A stretch of 64,000 bases of DNA from Sphaerodactylus townsendi (lineage: Eukaryota): positions 36,022,001 to 36,086,000 of the forward strand of contig NC_059436.1 of assembly GCF_021028975.2 (NCBI RefSeq), read 5' to 3'. Shown here piece after piece: positions 18,127-42,605 of this stretch (positions are counted from its first letter, which is position 1; each line of letters starts with the position of its first letter). The position numbers and the translations under genes are program-made. The notes under the pieces were generated by a model. It made no database searches and was not told where the DNA came from. It was given only the letters and a program-made list of their open reading frames with translations.

Positions 18127-18711
18127 ATGACTGAGAAGCAGAGCCAGGGGCCAGCAGCTGACTGCCCCATTTGCTGGAATCCCTTTGACAACACTTTCTG
18201 CACACCCAAGGTGCTCCAGTGCCAGCACTCCTTCTGTATCGAGTGCCTGGCTCACCTGAGCCTGGTGTCTACAATGCGGAACAGGCTGCAATGCCCACTC
18301 TGCCGCCACCCCACCGTGCTCCCCTCCAACCAGACCATTACCGAACTGCCCACGAACGATGCTGTCTTGCGCCTTCTGCGCTTGGAGCCCAACCACATCA
18401 TCCTGGAAGGTCGGCAGCTGTGCCTTAAGGAGCAGCGCAAGAGCAGATACTTCTTGCGACAGCCAAAGGTCTATACCCTCGACCTGGGCCCAGAGACAGA
18501 CTCGAGCTCTGCAAGCCGCCAGGATCTGACCCCCCTGGGGGGCACTGCCACCACAATCACCACCCAGCCCAGTAGCACTTCACTCCTGAATTGTGTCCGT
18601 GACCCCCAGTTTCGCCTTTTCACCTACTTAATGGCCATCATCTTGAGTGTGACTTTGCTACTCATATTCTCCATCTTCTGGACCAAGCAGATTTTTTGGG
18701 GCATGGGCTGA
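18127..18711 (+). CDS. RNF183: E3 ubiquitin-protein ligase RNF183, single coding exon, 194 aa
   Basis: MTEKQ...CPICWNPFDNTFCTPKVLQCQHSFCIECLAHLSLV...LLRLEPNHIILEG...SRYFLRQPKVYTLDLGP...PQFRLFTYLMAIILSVTLLLIFSIFWTKQIFWGMG* closely matches human RNF183 as recalled. A splice acceptor tttcccag ends at 18068 and the true ATG is at 18127. Confidence 0.95.
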   Translation: MTEKQSQGPAADCPICWNPFDNTFCTPKVLQCQHSFCIECLAHLSLVSTMRNRLQCPLCRHPTVLPSNQTITELPTNDAVLRLLRLEPNHIILEGRQLCLKEQRKSRYFLRQPKVYTLDLGPETDSSSASRQDLTPLGGTATTITTQPSSTSLLNCVRDPQFRLFTYLMAIILSVTLLLIFSIFWTKQIFWGMG

Positions 18712-20157
18712 GTGGGGATTGAGGGGCAACTCAGGGGCTTTTGTAATGGACATGTGCAGAAAGGAAGCAGAAGTCCTAGATTTGGAGAGGTCTCTGTGGA
18801 ACGTGGGTGTTTTCTGCTGCCAAACATGATGAAGAGGAGCAAATGAGAGGGTGCGCTTGAATGGGCGCCTTCCCTTGTGCCAAAACCTCACGGATCCCTA
18901 TTCCTCTGTTGAAAGCAGAAACTTGGAGCAGGAGGGAAGGAGATCGAATCACTAAAGCTTTTCTGATGCTAGATCTTACCTTCTACCCCAACTCTATTCT
19001 GAGCACAGATGCAGCCCCCTGAACATGGATGCCTTAACCAGACTGAAAAACCCATTATGCTGTTTGTTTTCATTGTAAACATGCCGCACCTATTCGTGAC
19101 CTGCTTGATCTCCTAATCCACTCCAACTCCATTCAGTGAGCTCTACCTCAGGTGGGATTTCCTGGTTCACAGGGTCTTGTGCTAGGATGCTTTCTGTAAG
19201 GAGACAGCATCAGCAGTTGGGAGAAACCACTCAACTCCCCAAGAAGAAAGCAGTTATTCCAGGTGTTCCCAAGCCTATTTTTAATGGGCTCTTTAGTGTA
19301 TTGGCGCAAAGTGATGCTACAAACTGAAGGCAACAAAAATAGTATAAGGGAGGAGTGATACCAAAGTCTATGAGAATAATAAGCAAGATATCACTATATA
19401 AAACCTAAATAGTGTTTTATATATATAATATAAAATATATATATATTATTCACTTCATGGATTAACATGTAAAGTATTCATACTATTGAATACTTGTCTG
19501 GGTAAATATAGCAGTTACTTCGTGTGTAATAAATGGAATTATGTTTTAATCATAGGTTTTTAAAGAAACTGCATATTGTGTACTTTACTTTGTTTGGAAA
19601 TCAGGGTTAAGAATCTGAAAGAGTTCTATGGAAGCAGGTAAGGTTCTTTTGAGTGATTTAAAATCACAGATTTCTGAGGAAACAACTGAGAAACAAGGAA
19701 GACTCGTGAAACCTTGTCAAGAAGTATTGCTTGGATATTTGAGAGGTTGTTTGCAAAAGTAGCATTTCTTAGATATTCACTGCCAGTCAACAAAAAGATT
19801 CATGAAGACTTTGGATGTCAATCTATGAAGGCAATGGATAAGTGCTTTTATTTTAATTAGCGTCTTTGGATATCTGAAAGGTGTATTGCAAGTTTAGGAA
19901 AATATTTCAATTGTATGAAGAATTTAAGAATTCATCTTAATCCATGAAGTTAATGGTTCAGCATTTTTATTTGTGATATATATATATCGATCTATGCACA
20001 TGCATGTATAAAAGGTTTTGTATAATGGTCTCTTGCTTATTATTTTCACAAACTGAAGGCAAGCTGCCAGCTTCCCAAGTTCAAGAGAACATTTAAAAGC
20101 AGATGCTTAATCAATCTTCTCTAATGGCAGCAGTTGTTTCTACAATTCAGCAACAGG

Positions 20158-20378
20158 ATTTATGGAGGAGAAGTTGATCTATGGCTACCAATCTTGATCC
20201 TCCTTGATCTCAGATTGCAAATGTCTTAGCAGACCAGGTGCTCAGGAGCAGCAGAAGGCCATTGCTTTCACATCCTGCATGTGAGCTCCCAAAGGCACCT
20301 GGTGGGCCACTGTGAGTAGCAGAGAGCTGGACTAGATGGACTCTGGTCTGATCCAGCTGGCTCTTTCTTATGTTCTTA
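20158..20378 (+). mobile_element. CR1 3'-UTR fragment, same family as 13956-14603
   Basis: Near-identical to 14374-14603 and ends in ttcttatgttctta. Confidence 0.85.
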
Positions 20379-21812
20379 GGATCTGGAGGAGGGAAGGAAA
20401 AAAGAGGCTTTTCCCAATGCAGGAAGAAATTTTACAGAGCCAATTCACAGGGCCAAACTAACTTGTGCAAAGGGAAGTGGGGCTGAGCACAACCCAGGTG
20501 GTAGACATTTCCATGATGCAACTATCTCAAAAGAAGGGCCCACAGGGAGAAGTTAGCCACGGTGGTAGGATACAATAAGCCCCAGATCTGAAGCACTAAA
20601 GAAACAGCTAACTACAACGCAGAGGGACCTGGCAAAATCTAGGTAGAACCAGTGGCCTAACTGCAGGGAGCGAAGACAAAAGGCATTTGCCTCTTCGCTC
20701 TATCATTGCATCAAAGGTTGTGGGAAAACAGCAATGCAAGCTGCTGTTCACACTAAGTATTCCTACATTAAGCCTGAAAAGACAAGCAGGCACAAAGAGG
20801 CACGATTGGGCCCCTGCCCACTCACTTGTGACTGCCCTTGGCTGAGCAGCCAAATGACCTGCTGCAAGAGCATCCATCCACCCAAACTGAACCAAGTTCC
20901 CCAACTCTTCATCATAGCTCCTTCAAAGCTAGAGAAAATTATCTTTTTGGGCTACAGCTCAGTGAAAACAGCATCTGATCTTGCGAGCAGAAGGTTCCTG
21001 GTTCAACCCTCAGCATTCTCCATTTAAAAGATCTCAGGTCTTTCCCAGCACCTGTCTCTACCTGGGACCTGCTGCCAGCCAGAAGAGGAAGTACTGAGCT
21101 AGATGGACCAATGGTTAGACCTAAAATAATGCAGTGCTCTATGTTCATGCAGCAGCCCATACTGTGACGGCTTCTTCTCCCCACTTAAAAGGGTTGTGAT
21201 CACTCCATAAACTGGGGTAGGGGCACACAGATGCAAATGAGAGCATGGCAGACAGCATGTAGGTGAGCATTGCACTAGGAGAACACCCAGTTCTCTACGA
21301 CTTTGAAGGCAAAGTCATCTGGCACCGAACACAGCAGCCTCACTTTGCAGTGGGACAAGAGTACATTTGTAGGAAAGAATACCAGCCAAGGATTTGCAAT
21401 TCCAGCAATGACACTGCTTTAATATCTCAAAAAGCCTCTGTTCAATGGGGCAACGGTTCCTACCACAACCATCTAAGAGGCAAGCCTCCACTGGCACAGG
21501 ATGTCACCAATGGTGGCAAGGATCAGTCTGGGCATCCAAGCTCCAAATTGGCAAGAAGGGCATTCTTGCTGCAGTTGGTCAAAGTCATAAGAGCATGCCC
21601 CAAGTCTGTTGGCAAGGGAAGGTGGGGAGGGACAGTACAAAAATAAAGCCTCTCGGGGGCAAGGGTTCTCAAACGCAGTCTAGCTTGATCAAGGCGTGTG
21701 GAGCACCACCTTTGGCCCCTGATCCTACTGGAAGCCAAGCACTGCCAGCAGTGGAGCCCAGGTTGTCACATCAGGTGTATGCAACGGGAGCTGGGAAGAA
21801 CCAGCCCTGCAC

Positions 21813-33392
<11,580 letters not shown>

Positions 33393-33676
33393 CTCGTCCC
33401 TCAGCTCTTTGCTTAGACCGAAATAAGCTGCCCAACACCGACAAAGCAAACTTCTTCCGGGTCTCCGGAGCGGCCGCTTCCCAGCAACGGCGGCGTTCCC
33501 ATTCAATCCGTGCGGCGCGCCGTCCTAGGCTTGTTTTCTCTATGACCAGGCCGCGGGCCGTTCCTCACAAGCACTTCCGGGTGCCTGGCAGCGTGGTGGT
33601 CAGAGGCCCCGAAGGCGAATGACGGAGTGGGAGGCGATCGTGGTTGCTCTGCGGATTGTTGAGAAGCGCCGTCAAG
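33393..33676. promoter_or_regulatory. Bidirectional CpG-island promoter shared by PRPF4 and CDC26
   Basis: Only 284 bp separate the divergent ATGs. The interval is CpG-rich, has ETS/GABP-type CTTCCGG at 33454-33460 and 33574-33580, and a YY1-like AGATGGCGGC overlaps the PRPF4 start. Confidence 0.85.
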
Positions 33677-35346
33677 ATGCTGCGGCGGAAGCCGACGCGT
33701 CTGGAGCTAAAGTTAGATGATATCGAGGAATTCGAGGGCGCCAGGAAGGAGCTGGAGGTAAGAGGCGTGGTTGCTAGACTAACAGATTTAGAGCAAAACG
33801 TTATACAGCAGCGGCGTAGTGGTTAAGAGCAGGTGCATTCTAATCTGGAGGAACCGGGTTTGATTCCCCGCTCTGCCGCTTGAGCTGTGGAGGCTTATCT
33901 GGGGAATTCAGATTAGTCTGTGCACTCCAGCACATGCCAGCTAGTCACAGTTCTTCAGAGCTCTCTCAGCCCCACCTACCTCACGGGGTGTTTGGGGGGG
34001 TGGGGAAGGGCAAGGAGATTGTCAGCCCCTTTGAGTCTCCGTCAGGAGAGAAAGGGGGATATAAATCCAAACTCTTCTTCTTTTACGGAGGCTTGATATG
34101 CGTGAATGCAATGGGCAGCTTTTCGTGACGTGGTAAATAACACCCTGTGAAGAAAGTGTATATATTCTTTTAAATTTACTTGAAGATCATTTATATTGTA
34201 TACTAGGTCTTTTATGAGGCAACCAGGTCATTTACAATGCAACCATTTGGCCTAAAGTTGTAAACTGGGTTTGTGTTTAGTTTAAGTAGTGTTATTCTTT
34301 AGAGAACGGAATTGGCTTTAACAAGGCCACATTCTATTTAAGCAGACAGATAGGTCTTAATTGCTGAGAATGCTCAGGTGACAACCAATTGGTTAATTAC
34401 TGATCAAATTATCTATTCTAGATGATTCAATTCTATAAAACCCCTGACACCATTTTAAAGAAGATTCATTCTAAAAGAGATTAATTCATAAGGATTCTCC
34501 TGCCTTAGGCTGTATAGCCTTGTATTGTATTGTTTTTATACTTGGACCTGTCTAGAGCTAAGAAAGAGGTGATTCTAGCATTTTTTCTTTCTTTTTAAAT
34601 TTTTTTTAATTTCAGCAGTTTGAGAGTATTTAGTAAAGAACCCTGGTTTTGGTACATTACTGGGAAGGCACCTAGCTTTGGGTAACCTTTTCACACACCC
34701 TACTCAGCTCGTAATAAAGGAGCAGGAAACATTTTATCTAGTCAGTTAACTTTATGTGAGTGTGTGGACAAGGTGCCCTCGAGCATGCGCAAAGAGCCTA
34801 AAGGGATTTCAACCTGAGCATTTCTGTGTGCAACGCAGATATTCTGCTAATCATCCACATCCTCTTTGTTACATACACAAAATAGGAAGCTTGTGGTAGA
34901 ATACATTTTGTTAGTTTTGAAGATACCACGTGCCTCACATCTTTGTTTAGAAAAGGTTTTGTTGCTTCTCTCAGCTATCTGCTTAAGGCAACTGTTACTT
35001 TCATGCTAGTGATGTTTGTGGCGCCCTACAAGAAATTACCTTAATCTAACAAATTTAATATGTCAGTCTTATATGTGGAAACTACCTCATGTTGAGTCAA
35101 GCCAGGGATTGGACCTGAAGGTCTTTTGCGTGCAGAGCTTTACCACTTTTTTTTTTTTTTTTTGGGCAGAGTCGTAAGAAGCAGCGCGAAGAGGTGGATG
35201 TAGTGGGAGCCAGTGATGGCGAGGGAGCTCTGGGACTAAGTAATGACCATAAGAGCCGGGAACAGATGATACACGACCGCATTGGCTACAAACCACAACC
35301 CAAACCAAACAATCGTTCTGCTCAGTTTGGAAATTTTGAATTCTAG
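33677..35346 (+). CDS. CDC26: Anaphase-promoting complex subunit CDC26, 85 aa: join(33677..33757,35170..35346)
   Basis: [27 protein letters not shown] | [19 protein letters not shown]...[29 protein letters not shown]. Donor is gtaaga, acceptor is poly-T followed by cag, and AATAAA lies at 35500-35505. Confidence 0.96.
33807..34083 (+). mobile_element. tRNA-derived SINE (Squam3-like) in the CDC26 intron
   Basis: cagcagcggcgtagtggttaagagc...ccgggtttgattcccc...ataaatccaaactcttcttctt. Confidence 0.85.
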
Positions 35347-35499
35347 AACATGGGAACTTTGAGCAAAGTAGGACTCTATTCATGGTTATGGAAAGCTGTT
35401 TTGGCCTGTCTTGGTTTTGCCCAAGCGGGCCAAGCCTTTCATTTATGTGAAACTAAGACTGGATCCTCTTCATTTGAAGCTGTCTGTCTTGCAACCTTA

Positions 35500-35505
35500 A
35501 ATAAA
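35500..35505 (+). terminator. Probable CDC26 polyadenylation signal
   Basis: AATAAA about 150 nt after the stop codon, followed by a T-rich tract. Confidence 0.6.
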
Positions 35506-35559
35506 TGTGCTTTTTAAATTGGGAGCGCACTGGCAACACAGAAGCTCCGAGATGGAGAG

Positions 35560-37874
35560 CAACTTCTCACACTGAAGATGGATGTGGTTAAGACTGTGGA
35601 ACTTTAATCATACTAATTTAAAACAGTGCTCCCTAAACTCTACCAGCGTGTCGGGTGCCCCATAGAGAACCCAATGCATTGGATAAAGTGTATACCAACA
35701 TCAAGGATGCCTACAAGGTGATACAATTACCACACTTGAGTCAGTCAGACCATTTATCACTGTTTCTGGCCCAGCATATATCACCCTTGGGACGCGGGTC
35801 TTGCCTGTAATAAAGACTGTAAAATCCTGGCCTGATGATGCCTCTAAACTACTTCAAGATTGTTTTGAGACAACAAATTGGGATGTTTTTCTACCACCAG
35901 ATCTGGAGGAGTATACCACTGCTGTTCTGAGTTATATCACCTGCACAGACACTCTTACTGTGGATAAAGCATCCGGATTTACTCAACCATAAACCCTGGA
36001 TGACAAGGGAGGTTCAGCGACTTTGCATGACAGGAATATTGCTTCAGATCTGGTGATGAGGCAAAAGTATATGATGCGGCGAGAGCCAGTCTCAAGAAGG
36101 CATTGACAAGCCAGATGAGTTATAAGAGAAAAATTGAAGATTATTTTAATAATAGCAACATGAGGCAGGTGTGGCAGGGAATTCAACAAATTACCAGCGT
36201 AACCAAACAATGACATTTCTGTGGATGGGGATTCTTCTCTGGCCCGGAGGAGCTAAATCACTTTTGCCAGCTTTGAAACAGGAGTCTATCAGAAGGAGAT
36301 GACACACACAGCCACCAGGTGATTACGCTCACACCTCACTGTGGAGGAACATGAGGTGAGAGGCAAGTTTTGAGGCTGTGAATCAAGGAAGGCTGCTGGA
36401 CGGATGGTATTCCGGTCGAGATTGATGAGAATCGTAACCAACTGGCTGGTGTTTTACTGGGATCTTTAATCGATCTTTATCCCAGTCCACCATTCCATCT
36501 TGTTTGAAAGCTTCCACCATTGTTCACTACCAAAGAGATTTCCTGCTGACCAATCTTCAGGATTATAGACCAGTGGCACTCACCCCATCATCATGGTGTT
36601 TTGAAAACTGGTCCATAGGCATATTAGTTCTTGCCTTCCAGATACATTTGATAAACATCAGTTAAGCATATCGGACTAATAGATCTGGGAGGGCGCCATT
36701 GCCATTAGCCTCCACACAGCTTTGGCATCTGGAACAGCAGGGAATTATGTCTTGAATGCTCTTCGCGGACTTTAGTTCCGCATTTAATACAATCTTCATA
36801 CAAAGCTGGTGACAAAACTTGTGGATCTTGGACTCTCACATTCAATCTGTTTGTGGATTAGGGACTTCTTGTCTGGCGTTCCCAGAGGTTAGACTGAAAT
36901 CGGGTTTCCTCAGTTCTTACTCTAAATATGGGAGGCATACAGGGCTAATAATGTTGGAGCCCTTTACTGTTCACCCTTATACATATGGTGTACTCCTGTC
37001 TATCATAGTAACACCATTATCAAATTTGCTGATGACACAGCGGTGGTGGGAGGGCTCATCTCTGGAGAGGATGAATGCCTATCAGATGAAGTGGACCCGA
37101 CTGCTCTCATGGTGCGGGAAAATAACCTGGTTCTTAACACTAACAAGACAAAAGGCTCATAGTGGACTATAGAAGATAGCTCAGAAATTCAGCCCTTGAC
37201 TATAAATGGAGATCCAAGTGGGCCCGGGTGGCTAGTTTTAAATTCCTGAAACGTTATGATTAAAGAGGATTTGACCTCAGAATTACAGGCTACATGATTG
37301 GTTAAGCCCAGCAAGACTGTACTTTCTGGGAGGACTTTTAAAAGGAAGCAGCAACAACTAGATGGAAAACCACAGTGTCCTTTTACGCTGTGCTATAGAG
37401 AGTGTCTAACCCTACTGCATCTGTGTATGGTTCTCCAGTTGCACAGTAGGCGAATAGAAGCTCAAGGGTGATCAATACTGCACAAGGATTATCGGCTGCC
37501 CTCTCCCTCCTTGGAAGAAATCTATAATGCCCGAAGTCTAAATAAAGCCCAAAATATTCTAAGGGACCCGTCTCATCCAGCACCTCTCTTTTTTAAACTG
37601 CTACCATCTGGCAGGCGATACAGAGCCCTCAGAACTAGGACAAAAGAGGCTTAGAGACAGCTTCTACTCTAGAGCTGTGGCTATGCTAAACTCCGCTGCT
37701 TCATATTGATGTATTTGGGGCTATGTAGGGATGGGTGGAGGATGATGATGTATGAGTCTGAAATTGCATGAGTCTGAAATTGTATGAGTCTGAAATTGTG
37801 TGCATCGAGGAATGCTGCTGTAAATTTCGTTGTGCGTGCACAATGACAATAAAATGCTTATGCTTATGCTTATG
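35560..37874 (+). mobile_element. Rex1/Babar-like LINE, heavily frameshifted
   Basis: RT remnants DYRPVALTPII, DFSSAFNTI and KFADDT, ending in AATAAA plus a (ATGCTT)n tail. The 5' boundary is approximate. Confidence 0.75.
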
Positions 37875-38809
37875 GTGGCATTACAGGCTATGCCAAAGGA
37901 AAGGGTTGTGACTTAGCTTTAAACCACATGCTTTTCATACAGGAGGTTACTGATTGAGTTCTGTTAAAATGGATCTCGGATAGTTGGGGTGATCAAGAAA
38001 TGTTAACAGTTATAAACAGATAATTGGCTAGATCATGGGTACTGGCTCTATAGATTATGGAGAGCCACACTGGAGAGCAATCCCATCAACCAAAAGAGCC
38101 AAATAACTACTGTATGTTCTGTGCTCTACCCCAAATTACCAGAGTACCACTGAGCATCTAGAAATATCGTACGCCATTACTGGGAGCTTTTTTCTTTCTA
38201 AATGAGCTAGCATTTAACAGTGGTATCTGTTACACCAGCAGCTGACCTAGCTTCAAACACAAAACCTCCGTATCTGCACAGCCTTGCATATAATGATCAA
38301 GGGCAATTTGTTTTAAAACTTTTATCTTAAGACCACAGTAATATTGAAATTACTCCAATCAGTAAAGTAATTGCCTACTTTTCTGGGGCATGGGGAAAAG
38401 TGTTCAGAAGAGCCAGGGTACCACTGGGCTTGTCACCATAAAATAACCTTGTATATCTGTGTGGACAGAAGCAAGATTGAATTCTTGTCCAGCTTCCTTT
38501 TACAAGTTTACAACCCACCTCACTTTCATTTGAGGAAGTTAACTTGCATTCTTCTCCAGCTTATGAATACTACACAGTTATAGGCCAAATGCTACATCAG
38601 TGAGGTAGGAGAAGCAAGATCTTTAGTTAACTTTTGGAGGTGTCAAAGGAGGTTTCTTCTCATCAAAATCTTACTGCATTGTGATTTTCATTACCAGCTG
38701 GTAAATAAGATGCTTCCCTTTTAAAGCTGCTGTTATAATTTTTCTCCATGTGGCATAAGAGACTGATCAGTTCATGGTAATGTAATAAAGAGGCTAGCAA
38801 TGCCTATGC

Positions 38810-38941
38810 CTATGGCATTCCAGATGTTATGGACTACAATTCCCATCAGCCCCTACCAGCATGGTCAATTGGCTGTGCTGACAGGGGCTGATGGGAATTG
38901 TAGTCCATAACATCTGGAGTGCCAAAGGTTTGCCACCACTG
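38810..38941. mobile_element. Short palindromic hAT MITE, related family
   Basis: ccagatgttatggactacaattcccatcagccc and its reverse complement, with GCCTATGC repeated on both flanks. Confidence 0.7.
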
Positions 38942-39991
38942 GCCTATGCGTATATATTTGTGGTCATTAGCAAACTGTGGTAGAGTTTCATTTTTAAAGA
39001 AGCCAGTTAGGGATAGCCACTTAGCTAGTCATACAACATTTTCAGTCCATTAACGGTTAACTGATCAAGTATTTTCCAAGACAAAAAAAACCAAAATGAA
39101 GTTTGGTATGCTGCTCACAAAAATAGGTATTTCAAGAATAAAAAATAACCATTAGTTTTTAAAAATTGGAAAAGGTTATTGAAATTGGAAGATTGGCTGA
39201 ACAGTTGTTTAGTATCTAAGCCTGCTGTCGTAGGGAGAAAGGGGGGGCAGTCAGTTCTTCCTGTTTGGAGAGGATTGTGGGGTTGGGAGATTTTCACTGA
39301 ACAGCTTTGCCTGGCCCATGCCTATTGCAGGTGTCAAGCAGCCCTGCTTCTGCTAGAAATGATATAATGTACAAAAGGGAAGCTGCTCCCTGCATCGGGG
39401 CTCTTTTTGGCTTTATGAAGCCTGACTGCAGTTAAATAACAAGTATTCAAAAAAGGTGAGGTAATGCATAATAAATAAGTCACAGAGAGACCTGCAGGGC
39501 TGGCTAATTAGTCACAACAGCCCATGAAATTCTAAAGTATGCATATTCATGGTCTGTTGCAGTTAAGTAACAGGCTGTTGATTGACAATGTCTGACTGTT
39601 CAACTGACTTAATGTGTTAGTCTTAAAGTTGGTACACACTTACCGCCTTGTCTGTTACTAATAAAGAAACACAAAGTATATGTAAAACTTTTTCTATACA
39701 GCCCATATGTCTAAATGGAGATAATATGAGCTGTGTGATTATCTTTTGATGTGTATACCAGGGAGGGAGAGAGGTGCGTGTTTTAGCTGCATCATACAAC
39801 TGCTCAAGTCTGTAACCGTGTTGCATGTACACCCAGAGAAAGGGACCCATTTGCTACTGTGAAATGGAAGAGGTCAGCCTCTGAAAAATGCTAGAACTCA
39901 AACTCTAAACTCATGTGTCCAATGGAGCTGTTTGTGCATCTTAGGAGAGCTTAAATACAACCCACATGTCCACCACTAAAAGATACTCTGC

Positions 39992-39997
39992 TTTATT
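39992..39997 (-). terminator. Candidate distal SLC31A1 polyadenylation signal (alternatives near 43320)
   Basis: tttatt on the + strand is AATAAA on the minus strand, about 4 kb downstream of the stop. It cannot be confirmed without transcripts. Confidence 0.3.
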
Positions 39998-41183
39998 AAT
40001 GACATACAGACTGATTCAAGCATTTATACAGTAAGATAAGATTGGCAGTCTCAAGACCACGGATTTGATAATATGCACCAACCCTGGCCTATGTTTGAAA
40101 AGGCACCTTTGACACGTTTGCCTACAACAGCAAGCCAATTCTTTATGATCCAGGATGGGCTAGCCTAGATAAACACAGCATTACGTTGCGTCCAGCATCA
40201 TATACAAGACACACTTTGATAAATAGTGGGAAAAGACAGATTTTTCTAAGTACCCAGTGAATCCAAAGATATGTGCCCTTTGTATACAGATGTATAGAAG
40301 ACAGCAACTAGAGAACTTGAAAACTTAGACTCTCCCTTGAATAGTTTTGTTCATTTGTGTCAGGTATCAGGTAACCATTTGCCGTGGGATGACAACTGAT
40401 GAACTTGCGTAGGCCAGGGCATCCACCATTACAGGCGGCTGTAGTGTTTCAAACAGTGCCTCATACCATAGAGTGGCAGAGGTACGGTTGATTTAACTCA
40501 TGACACATTATAGATAAAATTCTTGTGCGATTCCAGGTAATCTGGAGCTTGATTGTAATAGGGTAGTGTAACTTCTACGGTGATCTGCTCATATTTACGA
40601 CTGTAACTCATTTGTACCACACTCGGGGCCTGAAAGCCATCTTCCTATTTACAAAAGTTTTGCTTCCAGGCAGCATGCAAACAATGCACACTCAATTTAC
40701 ATGAGAGGCTTTGTACAAGACCAATTTGTAAGCTGCTGTGATCAAGCCAACAGTCCTCTCCATTCTACTCTTTTGTCTCTGTGAGGCGGGAGGAAGAAGC
40801 CGTATAAGCAGAGGTCACTGCTCAAACTTGTTTAGCTGAGGGGCTGAAGTAGGTGGAAAGATCAAACTGAGATGCACCAAACAATTCGATTTGGTTTAGC
40901 AGACTCACCACCATAGTCACACTGCACTTCAAGCTGAGATTCCTTCCTCAGAGAGGAAAGGGATGTTTACAGTGCTTTGTTTTGGTCCTAACCTGATAAT
41001 GAGCATTTGGTTCAAAACACTGCTGAGAAAGCACATTATTTTCCTGTACCCAGACCGAGTTGAAGGTTTTTTATGTCAATACAAATTAATGTTGTTTTCC
41101 ATACAGAACAAATGTCAGAATACTAAATATATGAGACTCTTTTATGAGACTAAATATATGAGACTCTTTTGAAATCTTTAGAC

Positions 41184-41293
41184 CAGGAGTCTGCAACCTG
41201 CAGCTCTCCAGATGTTCATGGACTACAATTCCCATCATCCCATAGGAATTGTAATCCATGAACATCTGGAGAGTCGTGGGTTGCAGACCCCTG
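41184..41293. mobile_element. Short palindromic hAT MITE, related family
   Basis: Inverted arms with near-TSD CTTTAGAC/CTTTAGGC. Confidence 0.75.
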
Positions 41294-42464
41294 CTTTAGG
41301 CTAAGGAATGTATTGCTGCATGTATTGCACAAACATCCATGAGCCATAGCTCAGAGGACATCTTTGTAGAAACACCTTTAGTCTTCTACAAATGTCATCA
41401 CACCTGTGTCTTTGCCCCAAGCAGCCAGCAATGATCGGAAGGCTCTTGCTAGTCCTTCCTAGAAGGCAGGGGAAATCAACCCAGCTGCTCAGAGGACACC
41501 CAACCAAAAGTGCAAACACTGGCTCTGCTCTCTAAGAAATCTACATAGCTGATGTGGTTGCCCCTGGGAATTTTGCATGCACACACACAACTAATTCACC
41601 TTAAACAGGCCTGATCTTGCCTGTAAACATCTGAATCATTGTTGGTTGACCATCTTGTAAGGCAGGACAAACAAGGGCCAGTCCAAGCCCAGTTTGACTT
41701 CTGTGTGCTGCCACTTCATTTCTATGCTGTTTAACAGCTGAGGCAAGTAATCATTCTCTCCCATGCTCCCTCAAAAAACTGAGAAGGAACTGTCCCGCTC
41801 CCAAATGTTTCCTTGCTTACATTTTTGCTACAGATTAAAGCTTAACTGACTCAAAGCGGAATCAAGCCAATGGGAATCTACCAGGTCCCATTCAAAATGC
41901 TTTCAGCTAAGCCACCAGAGATTAAAACAGCACCTTGCAAACACCCAGCAAAGAAACATTAAATTGGTGCCACAATCTCTGCAGTAGCTGGATTTGTAGA
42001 CTTGGCTCCAAGTCAGCTCTTTTTACCATTTCTAGAAGAAATATGAAGTGACCAAAGGCATAGAACACTGTCAAATCCAAAAGGCAACTTTCAGCGCCCT
42101 CTTTTCTCCTTGCTACAAGCCTAGTCTCTGTAATCAAATTGGAAGGATGGGAAGTTTGTGCTTCTGTATTTTTGTACCTTGCAATGCAGGGTGATTTAGC
42201 CTGAGTAGAATCAGCAGAACCCTGCAGCCTTCTTGAAGAGAATCTGTGTACTGAGGGTCACTTGAGATCTCACTTGGAACTCAGATACAAAAAGATCTGA
42301 TTATTTAAACTTCAGAAGAGCTAGACCAGACTTTGACAATATCATACAACTACACAGCACCGTAACAGAAACTTAGAAGCAAGGAATTAAAATTTGTAGT
42401 TACCGAGTCAGCTCTACTGCTTACCATAATTTCTGAGGAACCTGAGGGTGGGTAGAATGACTTA

Positions 42465-42605
42465 GGCCCCTTCTGCACATGCAGAATAATGCACTTTCAA
42501 TCCACTTTCACAACTGTTTGCAAGTGGACTTTGCTATTCTGCACAGCTTCAAAGTGCATTGAAATTGGATTGAAAGTGCATTATTCAGCATGTGCGGAAG
42601 GGGCC
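42465..42605. mobile_element. PIF/Harbinger-type palindromic MITE
   Basis: GGCCCCTTCTGCACATGCAGAATAATGCACTTTCAATCC...GGATTGAAAGTGCATTATTCAGCATGTGCGGAAGGGGCC with a TTA TSD. Confidence 0.8.

Noticed and set aside
33807-33880. tRNA-like A/B boxes
   Set aside because: Head of a multi-copy SINE with no complete cloverleaf.
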